Notes under the pieces: generated by a model
The model's input: only the letters and a program-made list of their open reading frames with translations
What the model was told of the DNA's origin: nothing
The model's database searches: none
Source of the DNA: a bacterium
Lineage (GTDB): Bacteria; UBP4; UBA4092; JAOAEQ01
Assembly (NCBI GenBank): GCA_026416715.1
Contig: JAOAEQ010000004.1
Span: 10,956-74,955, forward strand
Length of the DNA: 64,000 nucleotides
Reading direction: 5' to 3'
Program-made: the position numbers and the translations under genes
Part shown: positions 50,097 to 60,222 of the stretch, piece by piece
Position numbering within the stretch: position 1 is the stretch's first letter
Layout of the letters: each line of letters opens with the position of its first letter

Positions 50097-50327
50097 CTAC
50101 TTGGCATTATAACCTAACCACAAAACATATCTATTCTCAAGGTTCTGCTTAAGTTTGCAGTTCAATTCGCTAGGAATAAACAGGCTATTTTCTAACCGGT
50201 TGATTTTATCTAATGAGCGCCCGTACAATGTTCCGACCGCTTTTTTGCTAGGTATGGTGTAGGCAACACCATTTACCGCAACATGCAATTTATACACTAG
50301 AACGACGCTGTCTGTGATAAGGGTCAT
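50097..50327 (-). CDS. Hypothetical small protein (76 aa), doubtful
   Basis: The only ORF in a 527-nt gap. No recognisable family. Confidence 0.2.
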   Translation of the reverse strand: MTLITDSVVLVYKLHVAVNGVAYTIPSKKAVGTLYGRSLDKINRLENSLFIPSELNCKLKQNLENRYVLWLGYNAK

Positions 50328-50393
50328 TGATCTATCTTCTTGACAAATTTAGATTACCTCGATATTAATTCAACCAAATTCGTTTGGAATCTT

Positions 50394-50436
50394 GGAGGAG
50401 AACAAGAGCGGGTTTAACCCGCTCTTGTTCTCCTCC
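50394..50436. repeat. 43-nt perfect palindrome with 21-bp arms (GGAGGAGAACAAGAGCGGGTT-T-AACCCGCTCTTGTTCTCCTCC)
   Basis: Every position was checked and pairs. It lies 57 nt downstream of the mnmE stop (minus strand). There is no U-run on either side. Confidence 0.9.
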
Positions 50437-50492
50437 GGTAGGAAACAGGGGTACAAAAGGGGAATCTTATAGTTGATTTCGTTAACTATCTA

Positions 50493-51893
50493 TCATTTTC
50501 CGATACAGAATCGGGAAAAGATGCGGTCGAGCAGGTCAGCGGTGATATTTGTCCCAAGGATTTCACCGAGTTTAGCAATCGCTTGCCGCAGTTCAGCAGC
50601 GATAAGTTCCGGGGCTTGATTCTGGGTTAAATCTTGTTCAACTACGGTAAGCGCATCCAGCGATTGACGCAGTAACTCTGCATGACGGATGTTGGTGACC
50701 CAAACCGCATCCGCTGACGATACCGCTTCTCCGGCGGAGATTAATGTTTGCAGCATAGTTTCTAGTTGAGGGATTCCCTCTCCGGTTACCGCTGAAATTT
50801 TGACTATAGGAATGTCTGGAAGTAACCGAAACAATTCTGATTGCGCAAGGTTATTCGGAAGGTCAATTTTGTTGATTACAGCTATCATTGGTAATCCAGT
50901 TAATTTAACCTGTTCGATGATATACAGGTCTTCCGTTGATAACGGTTGGCTATTGTCGAACAAGACGAGAATAATATCTGCTTGTTTCAGTGCGTTCCGA
51001 GTCCGTTTAACCCCTTCCTGTTCGATAACATCATCAGTTTCACGCCATCCAGCCGTATCAATAAACTCAAATGGTATCCCGTTAAGATTTATCGTTTCGT
51101 GGATAGTATCTCGGGTTGTTCCTGGATGCGGGGTAACAATTGCCCGTGGTTCTTGCAGAAACGCATTTAAAAGCGATGATTTACCGACGTTCGGTTTGCC
51201 AATAAGCGGAACGTTAACCCCTTCACGTAGTTTCCGACCGAATCGTGCAGAATTGAGTAATGGAGTCAGTTGCGATTGTATCGTATGTATCCTAGCAAGA
51301 TACTGCGGATAAGTTCCTTGCGGAATATCTTCTTCCGGAAAATCAATCTGCGCTTCTATCTCAGTAAGAATATCCATCAAAGCATGGGATATTTGGCGCA
51401 GTTGTTCCGATAATCTGCCTTCTAACTGCTGCAGTGCAGCTCGTTGCGCTAGTTCCGTCTGGCTCTGAATAAGGTCAATCACCGCTTCCGCTTGAATTAA
51501 ATCGATTCGACCGGCGAGAAACGCGCGTTTGGTAAACTCGCCGGGTTCCGCTAATCGTGCACCGAGTGATAGAACCAGATTCAAAATCTGCCGGAGAACC
51601 AGCGGACTACCATGGGCACTGATTTCGACAATATCTTCAGTGGTATACGAATGCGGAGCGCGAAATATCGTGATAACCACTTCATCAAGTTCAGTATTTG
51701 TTTTTGGATTGAAGATACGTCCATGGTAAACGGTATGGCTCGGTCGGAGGTGGAGCGGTTGAGGATGAGCATCGCGGAAAAGCTGGCTAACAATTGCTAA
51801 CGCATTAACCCCGCTTATTCGGACTATGCCGATACCACTTTCTCCCAGCGGAGTAGAAATCGCAGCGATGGTATCAGAGAAAGTCGTCGGCAT
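50493..51893 (-). CDS. mnmE: tRNA modification GTPase MnmE
   Basis: …DTIAAISTPLGESGIGIVRISG… N-terminus, G-domain GKPNVGKSSLLN…DTAG, and C-terminal FCIGK. Confidence 0.9.
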   Translation of the reverse strand: MPTTFSDTIAAISTPLGESGIGIVRISGVNALAIVSQLFRDAHPQPLHLRPSHTVYHGRIFNPKTNTELDEVVITIFRAPHSYTTEDIVEISAHGSPLVLRQILNLVLSLGARLAEPGEFTKRAFLAGRIDLIQAEAVIDLIQSQTELAQRAALQQLEGRLSEQLRQISHALMDILTEIEAQIDFPEEDIPQGTYPQYLARIHTIQSQLTPLLNSARFGRKLREGVNVPLIGKPNVGKSSLLNAFLQEPRAIVTPHPGTTRDTIHETINLNGIPFEFIDTAGWRETDDVIEQEGVKRTRNALKQADIILVLFDNSQPLSTEDLYIIEQVKLTGLPMIAVINKIDLPNNLAQSELFRLLPDIPIVKISAVTGEGIPQLETMLQTLISAGEAVSSADAVWVTNIRHAELLRQSLDALTVVEQDLTQNQAPELIAAELRQAIAKLGEILGTNITADLLDRIFSRFCIGK

Positions 51894-52024
51894 AATCTAT
51901 CCTGTTAAGATAGGGGTTCGATGGATTGAGTGCGCCTATACTATAGCTGAATAAATGAATCAATCAAACCCCTACCTAGTATATTCTCAAAGAAGATGGT
52001 GTACGGTAATCGTGTTAGTAATGA

Positions 52025-52681
52025 CTACCGATGATTATTTTTATATTTTGCTGGGGTAATGACAATATGGCGGTCAGGTCCTTCCCCGACGCTAACGGCA
52101 GTAACTTCTTGTTCATTCCGTAATAACAGATGAACATATTTCCGATCAACTGCGCCCATCGCTTCCATATGAATTGGAACTCGTTTCTCTTTAGCTTTTT
52201 TGACCGCTTCTTTGGTTAATCGGGTAAGCAGTTGCTGTCGTCGTTTTCGGTAATCCTGAAAATCGATTTCAATATTTTTGGCGGTTAACTTTTCTTTTGC
52301 TAGAACCTGATTGAGTAGATATTGAATCGCATTCAAGGTTCGACCACGATATCCGATCAACAATCCGCCGGTATAAGAACTCCGAATTGATAGAATAATT
52401 GCGGTATCCGTTTCTTCGACTTCGATTTGGCTTGGGATATGCATCCGGTCAAGTAATCCCTGGAGAAATTCAACGGCTTTTTTCGCTTGGTCACCAGCGG
52501 ATTTCGTCTCTTTAACCGTAACTCGAACTTTGGCAGATTTACCGCCCATAAATCCGAGTAGTCCACGGGTCGGTTCCTGCAACACTTCAAAATTTACATC
52601 AGCAATACTTACCCCCAACTCTTTACAGGCGAGACTAACCGCTTCATCGACTGTTCGAGCTTCTATTTCAATACTTCGCAT
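52025..52681 (-). CDS. khpB: RNA-binding protein Jag/KhpB (Jag_N, KH and R3H domains)
   Basis: …R3H-type C-terminus (IGYRGRTLNAIQYL). Start at MRSIE with GGAGGG 12 nt upstream. The track ORF starts at 52708. Confidence 0.8.
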   Translation of the reverse strand: MRSIEIEARTVDEAVSLACKELGVSIADVNFEVLQEPTRGLLGFMGGKSAKVRVTVKETKSAGDQAKKAVEFLQGLLDRMHIPSQIEVEETDTAIILSIRSSYTGGLLIGYRGRTLNAIQYLLNQVLAKEKLTAKNIEIDFQDYRKRRQQLLTRLTKEAVKKAKEKRVPIHMEAMGAVDRKYVHLLLRNEQEVTAVSVGEGPDRHIVITPAKYKNNHR

Positions 52682-52704
52682 AGCATTAAAACCCTCCTGA
52701 AATA

Positions 52705-54627
52705 TCATTTACGTTTTTCATATTTTTTCTTCATTTCCTGCCATCGGCTATATTTCGATTTCTGCACTACTGGTTCCAATTTAATCGGCTGCTTATTGAT
52801 ATAATACTGATGGATAATTGATAAGATATTGGTGATGAACCAGTAGAGCACTAATCCGGATTGGAGACCCCAGAACAGGAATATGAAGAATATATTCATA
52901 ACCATCATCATTTTTTGCTGTTGTTTATCCGGATTTGGCGTCATTTTCATTTGCCACAGCATACTTATCCCCATTAATATGGGCAGAATGTTGACAGGCA
53001 GTCCGGCGATATAAAAAATCGTATCCGGTTTTGATAAATCCTTAATCCAGAGAATAAACGGTGCACCGTTAAGTTCAACCGCTCGGGATATCGTGGTGTA
53101 TAGCGCAAACATAATCGGCATCTGAATAAGTAGTGGTAAACAGCCGGAACCGTAACTAACCCGATATTTTTTCATTAACGCCATTGTTTCTTGATGCATC
53201 CGGCGCGGGTCATCTTTATATTTCGTTTTAATTTCGTTCATTTGTGGCGCAAGTAACTGCATCTTTTTCATCGATTTAAAACTCATCTGGGTTAATGGCA
53301 AGGTGATAATTTTGAAAAAGATTGAAAGCAGAATAATAGCGACGCCATAATTCGGAATGAGCTTATAGAAAAATCGGAGTGTTTTCAGCACCAACATATC
53401 GAGTCCGGCTAACATAAATCCAGGGAATAACACCTGTTCAGCCGGGAGTTTCGCTCGTTCTAAATATTCCAATTCTTTCGGTCCCAAATAGAATAAAAAA
53501 GGAAACGAAAATGTGCTTTTTCCGGGAATATCTATCGTCGGGAGATGCACCCAAATATTTGGGAGATGGGCGGAATCCAGTTCTGCGGTTATCGTGGTAA
53601 CTAAACTTACTTGCGGAACGAGGATTTTTAAAAAATAATGCGTTTGTAATCCAGCCCAAGCTATCTCTCCAGTCAACGACTGTTTTACCGTTTTGGTATT
53701 CAACTTCAAATTCGTTACCGCATGTTTCGTTTGCGCAAACGGGGCTAACCCAAACGTCATCGCTTTATTATTTGCAATCGGGACTTTACCTAATCCGGAA
53801 CCGAGTCCGATTCGCATTCCGTCACCATTTTCATTAAGTTTAACCAGTTTATCACTCGGATTAGTTAATTTGAACTGGCAGGTTATTCCATAGGTGTTAT
53901 GGTTAAACTGATAGATTTTTTGAACGGTCATCCCGTTCGGGAGTGTAGCGGTGAAAACCAACTGTGATTCCGGTTGCGTTGTGCTTAACGAAACATACGT
54001 CGTGGTTACCTGATACAGAGTGGTTCGGTCAAGTTGATTGAATCCTGGAAGTTGAATTTCTAACGGGGCGAATTCCGCTTGCAACGTATCGATAAGGTTA
54101 ACTTGATTGGTTTCAGCTAGTTTCTGTTTCAATTCTGCAATTCGGGTAGTATCTTTTTTCACTTCTGCGGTTTGGAGTGCTTGATTCAATTCCAGATATT
54201 GTTTCGTTTCCTCGATTCGCTGCTGGATTTGATGGACTCGAACGAGATTATTTTTCTGTTGTGCAACGACTAATTCTTTCTGTAACAGATCCAGCGGCTC
54301 GAATTCCGTTTGATATTTTTTTAACTGCCAGCTTTTTAGTGTTCCACCGAGTGTAGTAAACGTAGCGGTATATAAATCGGTTTCGACCCGCACATCTTTC
54401 GCTTGCGCTAATACCACGGTATCAATGGCAACCGGTTGCGTTACCATAGCTGGTTGAACAGCTGTTTCCGTTGTTACCGTGGAAACGCTCGATGGAGTAG
54501 TATCAGCTGCAATTGGTTTTTGCGGTTGCGGTATCGGTTTCGGAGCGTATCGCGGATAGATGACTCCAAAATAGAGCATGATAACTAATGCACAGAGAAT
54601 AATAGCTACTAATTCGTTCGTTCGCAT
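52705..54627 (-). CDS. yidC: Membrane protein insertase YidC (long periplasmic P1 domain)
   Basis: N-terminal TM, a ~330-aa periplasmic domain, and the conserved C-terminal 5-TM core (…MQPIMFALY…). Start taken at MRTNELVAIIL. The track ORF begins 10 codons earlier. Confidence 0.85.
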   Translation of the reverse strand: MRTNELVAIILCALVIMLYFGVIYPRYAPKPIPQPQKPIAADTTPSSVSTVTTETAVQPAMVTQPVAIDTVVLAQAKDVRVETDLYTATFTTLGGTLKSWQLKKYQTEFEPLDLLQKELVVAQQKNNLVRVHQIQQRIEETKQYLELNQALQTAEVKKDTTRIAELKQKLAETNQVNLIDTLQAEFAPLEIQLPGFNQLDRTTLYQVTTTYVSLSTTQPESQLVFTATLPNGMTVQKIYQFNHNTYGITCQFKLTNPSDKLVKLNENGDGMRIGLGSGLGKVPIANNKAMTFGLAPFAQTKHAVTNLKLNTKTVKQSLTGEIAWAGLQTHYFLKILVPQVSLVTTITAELDSAHLPNIWVHLPTIDIPGKSTFSFPFLFYLGPKELEYLERAKLPAEQVLFPGFMLAGLDMLVLKTLRFFYKLIPNYGVAIILLSIFFKIITLPLTQMSFKSMKKMQLLAPQMNEIKTKYKDDPRRMHQETMALMKKYRVSYGSGCLPLLIQMPIMFALYTTISRAVELNGAPFILWIKDLSKPDTIFYIAGLPVNILPILMGISMLWQMKMTPNPDKQQQKMMMVMNIFFIFLFWGLQSGLVLYWFITNILSIIHQYYINKQPIKLEPVVQKSKYSRWQEMKKKYEKRK

Positions 54628-54779
54628 AACATAAATCGCTTCTAGATCCGAAGTCAAAAGGCCAAACCGTCTTCGCTCGACACATTTACCGGTTGCGGAA
54701 CAAGCGACTTCAGACTATTTGCATATCATGATTGAATATAATGAAATCTAATATATTTGTTGGATGTTAGGTACTTTTC

Positions 54780-54995
54780 TCAGGCAGGGTCGTAACCACC
54801 AGCATGAAACGGATGGCAACGAAGTAACCGGCGGACAGTCCGATAGATACCGCAAATGAGCCCGTATTTCTGTAATGCATCAATGGCATACTGTGAACAG
54901 GTCGGAGAAAACCGACAACAGTGTAATTTTATCGGAGAAATGAATATTTGATACAATCGGATAAAAAAAATAAATAATTTCGCCATTAATCGCAT
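54780..54995 (-). CDS. yidD: Membrane protein insertion efficiency factor YidD
   Basis: …YQIFISPIKLHCCRFSPTCSQYAIDALQKYG…. Confidence 0.8.
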   Translation of the reverse strand: MRLMAKLFIFFIRLYQIFISPIKLHCCRFSPTCSQYAIDALQKYGLICGIYRTVRRLLRCHPFHAGGYDPA

Positions 54996-55072
54996 TACTC
55001 CTTAACGTTCAAATCAATTACTATTGAGTTGAACCCCGCTATATGATTATCAATTCAGAAAATCGTCTCGAC

Positions 55073-55441
55073 CTACATCTCGTTCTTTCTGGTTACACCG
55101 TTTACCCTGGCTAATAAGGTTAATATTGAACGTTCCAATTCCTGATATTTTTTCGTTACACATTCCGGTTTCGCAATGATGATGAGTTTCGTTCCTGCAA
55201 CAAAATTATGCTGATTCAGTCGAAATATTTCACGGACTCGTCGTTTAATCCGATTCCGTTCAACAGCGGTGCCGATTTTTTTACTAACGATTATTCCCAG
55301 TTTCGGTTTCTTAATCTCTGAATTGAACGCAACCGCAATTCGAAAATTGTTATCGCTAACTTTTTTCCCTTGTTGCAGTATCGCCTGATATTCCGCCCGA
55401 GTGGTAATCCGCTGTTGTTTGGTAAATTTAAACCGTTTCAT
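55073..55441 (-). CDS. rnpA: Ribonuclease P protein component
   Basis: 122 aa, basic, …IIVSKKIGTAVERNRIKRRVREIFR…. Confidence 0.8.
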   Translation of the reverse strand: MKRFKFTKQQRITTRAEYQAILQQGKKVSDNNFRIAVAFNSEIKKPKLGIIVSKKIGTAVERNRIKRRVREIFRLNQHNFVAGTKLIIIAKPECVTKKYQELERSILTLLARVNGVTRKNEM

Positions 55442-55472
55442 TCTTCCATAAGCATATACCTTATTTCATAAC

Positions 55473-55610
55473 TTAAGTTACCGCGACACGTTTTCGCCCT
55501 TTTCGGCGACGGCGATTGATGACTTCTCGGCCACCAGCGGTCGCCATCCGCTTACGAAACCCATGCGTCCGTTTCCGCCGCAAATTGCTCGGCTGATAAG
55601 TCCGTTTCAT
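55473..55610 (-). CDS. rpmH: 50S ribosomal protein L34 (45 aa), not in the ORF track
   Basis: Hand translation of the minus strand: [57 protein letters not shown] ~12 nt upstream. Confidence 0.9.
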   Translation of the reverse strand: MKRTYQPSNLRRKRTHGFRKRMATAGGREVINRRRRKGRKRVAVT

Positions 55611-56042
55611 TCCGGGGGAGCCCTCCTCCTTTATCTCAGATAAATTATGATATCGCTTAAGATTATTTTAACAATACATCATAGCCAGTTTTGCTTGATT
55701 CTGTCAAGCTGAAATAACCTATAGGAACCTTGTCTTCTCAGGTGATACTGAAACTGTTCCCCAATAAAAAACCGTTCCAAAAATTTTTGGAACGGTAAAC
55801 TAAAAAACCCATTCGATTATTACACGTTTATCGTAATTTCACTGCAAATTATTTCTTTTTTTTCTTTGGAGCTTTTTTAGCACCACAACACTTTCCTGCC
55901 AAGGCGGGTCACCTCCTTTAAATGATAAAATTATCATAGCACGAAAATATTTTTTGTCAAGAAAAAAATGTTTTTTAATTCTTAATTTGACAGAAGCTGG
56001 CTATATTGCATAGCATATTTATAGAATTATTGCGCGAAGATT

Positions 56043-58151
56043 ATGTTCCATCAGCTCGATATTAGTCTCTTCTATTGGATAAATCGTCAGTTGAACCATC
56101 CTTGGCTAGACTCGGTAATGGTCTATATTACCCAATTCAGTCATTTCCATTCTATCCTCTTAATTGCCATCTTCGGTTTTCTTGTTTTTGGACGGAGGTA
56201 TGAGAAAACGACCGTTATATTATTAATCATCGGGGTCGTATTCAGTGATACGTTCGGTAATATTTTGAAACATATATTTCAACGGATTCGGCCGGAACAT
56301 GTTCTGGATAATGTCCGGATTTTGGTCTCTTCGTCATCTTCCTATTCATTCCCATCAAATCATGCGGTGAATATGGCAACCGCAGCAACCATGCTCAGTA
56401 TTCGATATTGGAAACAAAAAAAAGTCGCTATACCTGCGATAATCGTTGCGTTCTTAATTTCTTATTCTCGGATATATGTTGGAGTCCATTATCCATCGGA
56501 TATTCTATTCGGTTGGGTTGTCGGATTCATCAGCGCAATGATAGTACTTAAACTCCTCGCTGGTTTGGATTGGACATCACGGTCTAATGAAAAAACATTG
56601 TTAGGAATAAAATATAGTTATCTCCTAACCTTCATTCTTATTTTGATAACTTTATTTCGATTACAATACATCCAAGGAGGGAAACTCGATTTATCTGCAG
56701 AAGAAGCGCAATACTGGAATTGGTCGCGACATCTCGATTGCAGTTATTATAGCAAAGGACCGATGGTCGCGTATTGGATTTATCTATGGACTAAACTATG
56801 CGGAAATACCGCGTTTGCGATTCGACTCGGTGCAGTGAGTATCGCCGTGGTGTTAAGCTATATAACCTATCGGTTTACCGAGCGTATGTTCGGAAATAGC
56901 CTTGTTGCATTCTATACCGTGCTGATTATGAATTTAATTCCGTTATATTCTGCTGGAGCGGTATTAATGACAACAGATATCCTCTTGCAACTATTCTGGG
57001 GATTAACCGTTTATTTGCTCTATTTAGGAATCACGCAAAAAAAATCGGTATATTGGTATCTTGGTGGTATTTGTATTGGATTAGGGTTATTAAGTAAATA
57101 TACCATGGGATTATTAATTCCGGCATTGTTTCTCTTCTTTATGTTTAGTAGAGAACCGCGTTATTGGCTGAAACGGAAAGAACCATATCTGAGTTTATTG
57201 ATCGGATTCATCGTATTCAGTCCGGTTATCTACTGGAATTATCTCCATAACTGGATTAGTTTTCGCCATATTACTGAATTATCTAAAGTAACCCATGGGA
57301 TTAAGTTCACCTTCGGTTATTTCTTCGAATACCTCGGTTCACAAATCGGCATCCTAACACCATGGTTTTTTGGTGCGATGGTTTATGCGTGGTGGAAATA
57401 TTGGTCTCCATCGCTTGAAACACAACCGATGCTAAATAAGGTTCCTGTATATTGGTATCTCTGGTGTACTTCAGCGCCGATTTTTCTCACTTTTCTGGTT
57501 AAGAGCGTTCAAGGGAAAGTTCAGGCGAATTGGGCTGCACCCGCATATTATACCGGTTTAATGTTAACCGTAGCGGTCTTTGATAGGAAATTTAAGGATG
57601 CGAAAACAAAACAACAGAAAAATCTCATCGCTCTTCTCACCTGGATTTCGATTATCCTGACAGCGCTTTTAGTTTTATTACTCCATAAACCTGATTATGT
57701 AAGAAAACTTATACCACTTAAAGCGAAGTATGATGTGACTAACCGCCTCCGGGGTTGGCATGAACTAGGAGAACAGGTCGGGCAGGTACAGTTTGAAATC
57801 CTAGCTGAAACTAATGGGAAACAGGTATTCATTTTCAGTGATAGTTATCAAGTCGCCAGTGAACTCGCGTTCTACGTTCCCGGTCAGCCGGAAACCTATT
57901 GTATTAATCTAGGCCGGAGAATGAATCAGTATGATATCTGGAATGGCTGGAATAAATTACTCGGACAAAACGCACTCTATATAACCGATAATCAAAAACA
58001 GTTCAATGAAAAAATTATCAATGTATTTGAACAATGCTATCTGGCGAGAACGGTTCCGATTTATCGAGAAAAAGAACTTGTCCGAGAATTTTTTATCTAT
58101 AAATGTTATAATTTTAAAGGGTTATCGATATCACCGCCAACTTCATTTTAA
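56043..58151 (+). CDS. Fusion protein: N-terminal PAP2 lipid phosphatase domain plus C-terminal GT39 (ArnT/PMT-like) glycosyltransferase
   Basis: PAP2 motifs KHIFQRIRP / SFPSNH / SRIYVGVHYPSD in the first ~190 aa. Then a GT39 core (…EAQYWNWSRHLDCSYYSKGPMVAYWIYLWTKL…) with ~11 TM helices. 702 aa in total. Confidence 0.7.
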   Translation: MFHQLDISLFYWINRQLNHPWLDSVMVYITQFSHFHSILLIAIFGFLVFGRRYEKTTVILLIIGVVFSDTFGNILKHIFQRIRPEHVLDNVRILVSSSSSYSFPSNHAVNMATAATMLSIRYWKQKKVAIPAIIVAFLISYSRIYVGVHYPSDILFGWVVGFISAMIVLKLLAGLDWTSRSNEKTLLGIKYSYLLTFILILITLFRLQYIQGGKLDLSAEEAQYWNWSRHLDCSYYSKGPMVAYWIYLWTKLCGNTAFAIRLGAVSIAVVLSYITYRFTERMFGNSLVAFYTVLIMNLIPLYSAGAVLMTTDILLQLFWGLTVYLLYLGITQKKSVYWYLGGICIGLGLLSKYTMGLLIPALFLFFMFSREPRYWLKRKEPYLSLLIGFIVFSPVIYWNYLHNWISFRHITELSKVTHGIKFTFGYFFEYLGSQIGILTPWFFGAMVYAWWKYWSPSLETQPMLNKVPVYWYLWCTSAPIFLTFLVKSVQGKVQANWAAPAYYTGLMLTVAVFDRKFKDAKTKQQKNLIALLTWISIILTALLVLLLHKPDYVRKLIPLKAKYDVTNRLRGWHELGEQVGQVQFEILAETNGKQVFIFSDSYQVASELAFYVPGQPETYCINLGRRMNQYDIWNGWNKLLGQNALYITDNQKQFNEKIINVFEQCYLARTVPIYREKELVREFFIYKCYNFKGLSISPPTSF

Positions 58152-59104
58152 TGGAGAATTATATGGAGCTATCAGTTGTAATTCCTGTGTTGAATGAAGA
58201 GAAGAATATCCCGCAGTTGCATCAAGCACTCATAAATACATTGACGGCATTGGAGAAATCGTTTGAGATTATCTATGTTGATGATGGAAGTACCGATTCG
58301 AGTTTTCAACTACTATCCGAACTCTATCAGAAGTCTCCGGAACAGATACGGGTTATCCAATTCCGGCGTCGGTTCGGGCAAACTGCCGCAATGTCAGCAG
58401 GGATCGCTTATGCACAAGGGAAGATTATCATTATGCTCGATGCAGATTTGCAGAATGACCCAGTAGATATTCCACGACTATTAGAAAAAATGGAAGAAGG
58501 ATACGATATCGTTAGCGGATGGCGTATCAACCGGAAAGATAAATATGTCACACGGATACTTCCATCAAAAATCGCTAATTGGCTTATCGGCAGTATCACC
58601 GGCGTCAAACTCCATGATTATGGCTGTTCGCTGAAAGCGTATCGAGCGGAAGTGATTAAAGAGTTGAAACTCTATGGTGAAATGCATCGGTTTATTCCCG
58701 CACTCGCGAGTTGGGTCGGAGCGAAAATTGCTGAAATACCGGTTCAACATCATCCACGTCGATTCGGAAAAAGTAAATATACGCTCAATCGGATCTGGCG
58801 CGTGCTCCTAGATTTAATTACCGTTAAGTTCCTCTTATCCTTTTCAACGCGACCTTTGCAGATTTTTGGTAGTATCGGGTTAATCTCATGTATTCTCGGG
58901 TTGGGGATAAGCGGATATTTAACCTTTTTAAAATTAGCGTATCAAGAGCATTTATCGAATCGACCGCTATTATGGCTTGGTATCCTATTAATCATGCTCG
59001 GATTCCAGTTTATTTCACTTGGGTTATTAGCGGAACTGGTTGCGCGCACCTACCACGAGTCGCAGAATAAACCGATTTATGTTATTCGCCAGATGCTGAA
59101 ATAA
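58151..59104 (+). CDS. GT2 polyprenol-phosphate glycosyltransferase (ArnC/GtrB/DPM1-like) with two C-terminal TM helices
   Basis: LSVVIPVLNEE…IYVDDGSTD…MLDADLQNDP… motifs. Start overlaps the upstream stop (TAATG). An alternative ATG lies at 58166. Confidence 0.8.
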   Translation: MENYMELSVVIPVLNEEKNIPQLHQALINTLTALEKSFEIIYVDDGSTDSSFQLLSELYQKSPEQIRVIQFRRRFGQTAAMSAGIAYAQGKIIIMLDADLQNDPVDIPRLLEKMEEGYDIVSGWRINRKDKYVTRILPSKIANWLIGSITGVKLHDYGCSLKAYRAEVIKELKLYGEMHRFIPALASWVGAKIAEIPVQHHPRRFGKSKYTLNRIWRVLLDLITVKFLLSFSTRPLQIFGSIGLISCILGLGISGYLTFLKLAYQEHLSNRPLLWLGILLIMLGFQFISLGLLAELVARTYHESQNKPIYVIRQMLK

Positions 59105-59165
59105 ATCGCGCAATTAAGGATTGTTAATGGTGCTTTGATACTTTTCCATTTTATATTATTTATTT

Positions 59166-60182
59166 ATGAAACGTTGGCTGAGTTTCAGCATCAAAATATC
59201 GATTAGCATCGTTTTGCTCGGGTATCTCTTCTATAAAATTGATGTAACCGGATTGAAAACCTCATTAGCGAATGCACAATGGGGCTACGTCGTTCTCGGA
59301 TTATGTGTATACATTGCCGGACAAGTTCTGAATAGTTATAAATGGGCATTGTTGATTAAAACAAAAGCGGTACCGATTCCCTTTGCTAAGATTGTTAGTT
59401 ATTATTTTATCGGAATGTTTTTCAATTTATTTCTCCCATCAATTGTCGGCGGGGATATCCCGCGCGGATATTATTTATATAAAGATTACGGTTCGAGAAC
59501 AAAGTCAAAGACTAATACAGATATAGCCCAGTTAACGGTAGTAGAATCATTAAGTACGGTTTTAATGCAGCGGGCAACCGGATTATTAGCGTTAATTATT
59601 ATTGCTAGTTTAACCTATTTTTTCTTCTTTTATAATAATCCGATACTCACGAAACCGATGCAAATAAATTTATCGATACTATTCATCTGTCTTCTATTCG
59701 GAACCCTTATCGGAATAGCGGTGATGGTTAAGTTTAAACCTACAACCGCAGAGGCTATTCCAACAGGTTCGCAATTGAAAATATTCTTAAATGATGTCAG
59801 TAGTTATCTCCATCATGGTAAATTATTTTATTATGTCATTTTACTCTCATTCATTTTTCAGCTATTGAATATCTTAGTTAACGTTATTATCGGATTAGCA
59901 TTAGATGTTCGAATACCTTTTTCCTATTATTATGTTGCAATGCCGATCATTGCATTACTAGCTGCGATTCCGATAAGTTTTAATGGGATCGGGGTTCGCG
60001 AGAACGCTTATGTTTTTTTCCTCGGGTTGGTTGGAGTCGATAAATCGGTTGCGTTTTCCTTTGCATTATTATGGTTATTTATCGTTATCGTTAGTAGTCT
60101 GCTCGGTGGACCGTTGTTTATATTCCGTAAAACAGAAAGTAAAAGGGCGGAAATAAGAGGTCAGAAGTCAGATGTTGTCTGA
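59166..60182 (+). CDS. UPF0104 / lysyl-PG-synthase-TM-like 'flippase-like' membrane protein
   Basis: 8 TM helices, …LPSIVGGDIPRGYYLY… and …FNGIGVRENAYVFFL… conserved motifs. Confidence 0.7.
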   Translation: MKRWLSFSIKISISIVLLGYLFYKIDVTGLKTSLANAQWGYVVLGLCVYIAGQVLNSYKWALLIKTKAVPIPFAKIVSYYFIGMFFNLFLPSIVGGDIPRGYYLYKDYGSRTKSKTNTDIAQLTVVESLSTVLMQRATGLLALIIIASLTYFFFFYNNPILTKPMQINLSILFICLLFGTLIGIAVMVKFKPTTAEAIPTGSQLKIFLNDVSSYLHHGKLFYYVILLSFIFQLLNILVNVIIGLALDVRIPFSYYYVAMPIIALLAAIPISFNGIGVRENAYVFFLGLVGVDKSVAFSFALLWLFIVIVSSLLGGPLFIFRKTESKRAEIRGQKSDVV

Positions 60183-60222
60183 TTTCTGAATTCTGATATC
60201 TAATATCTGCTCGCTGGAGTTT

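Noticed and set aside
55905-55920. GGTCACCTCCTTT on the plus strand resembles the 3' end (anti-SD) of 16S rRNA
   Set aside because: No rRNA-like sequence surrounds it. It is simply the complement of a strong Shine-Dalgarno on the minus strand.
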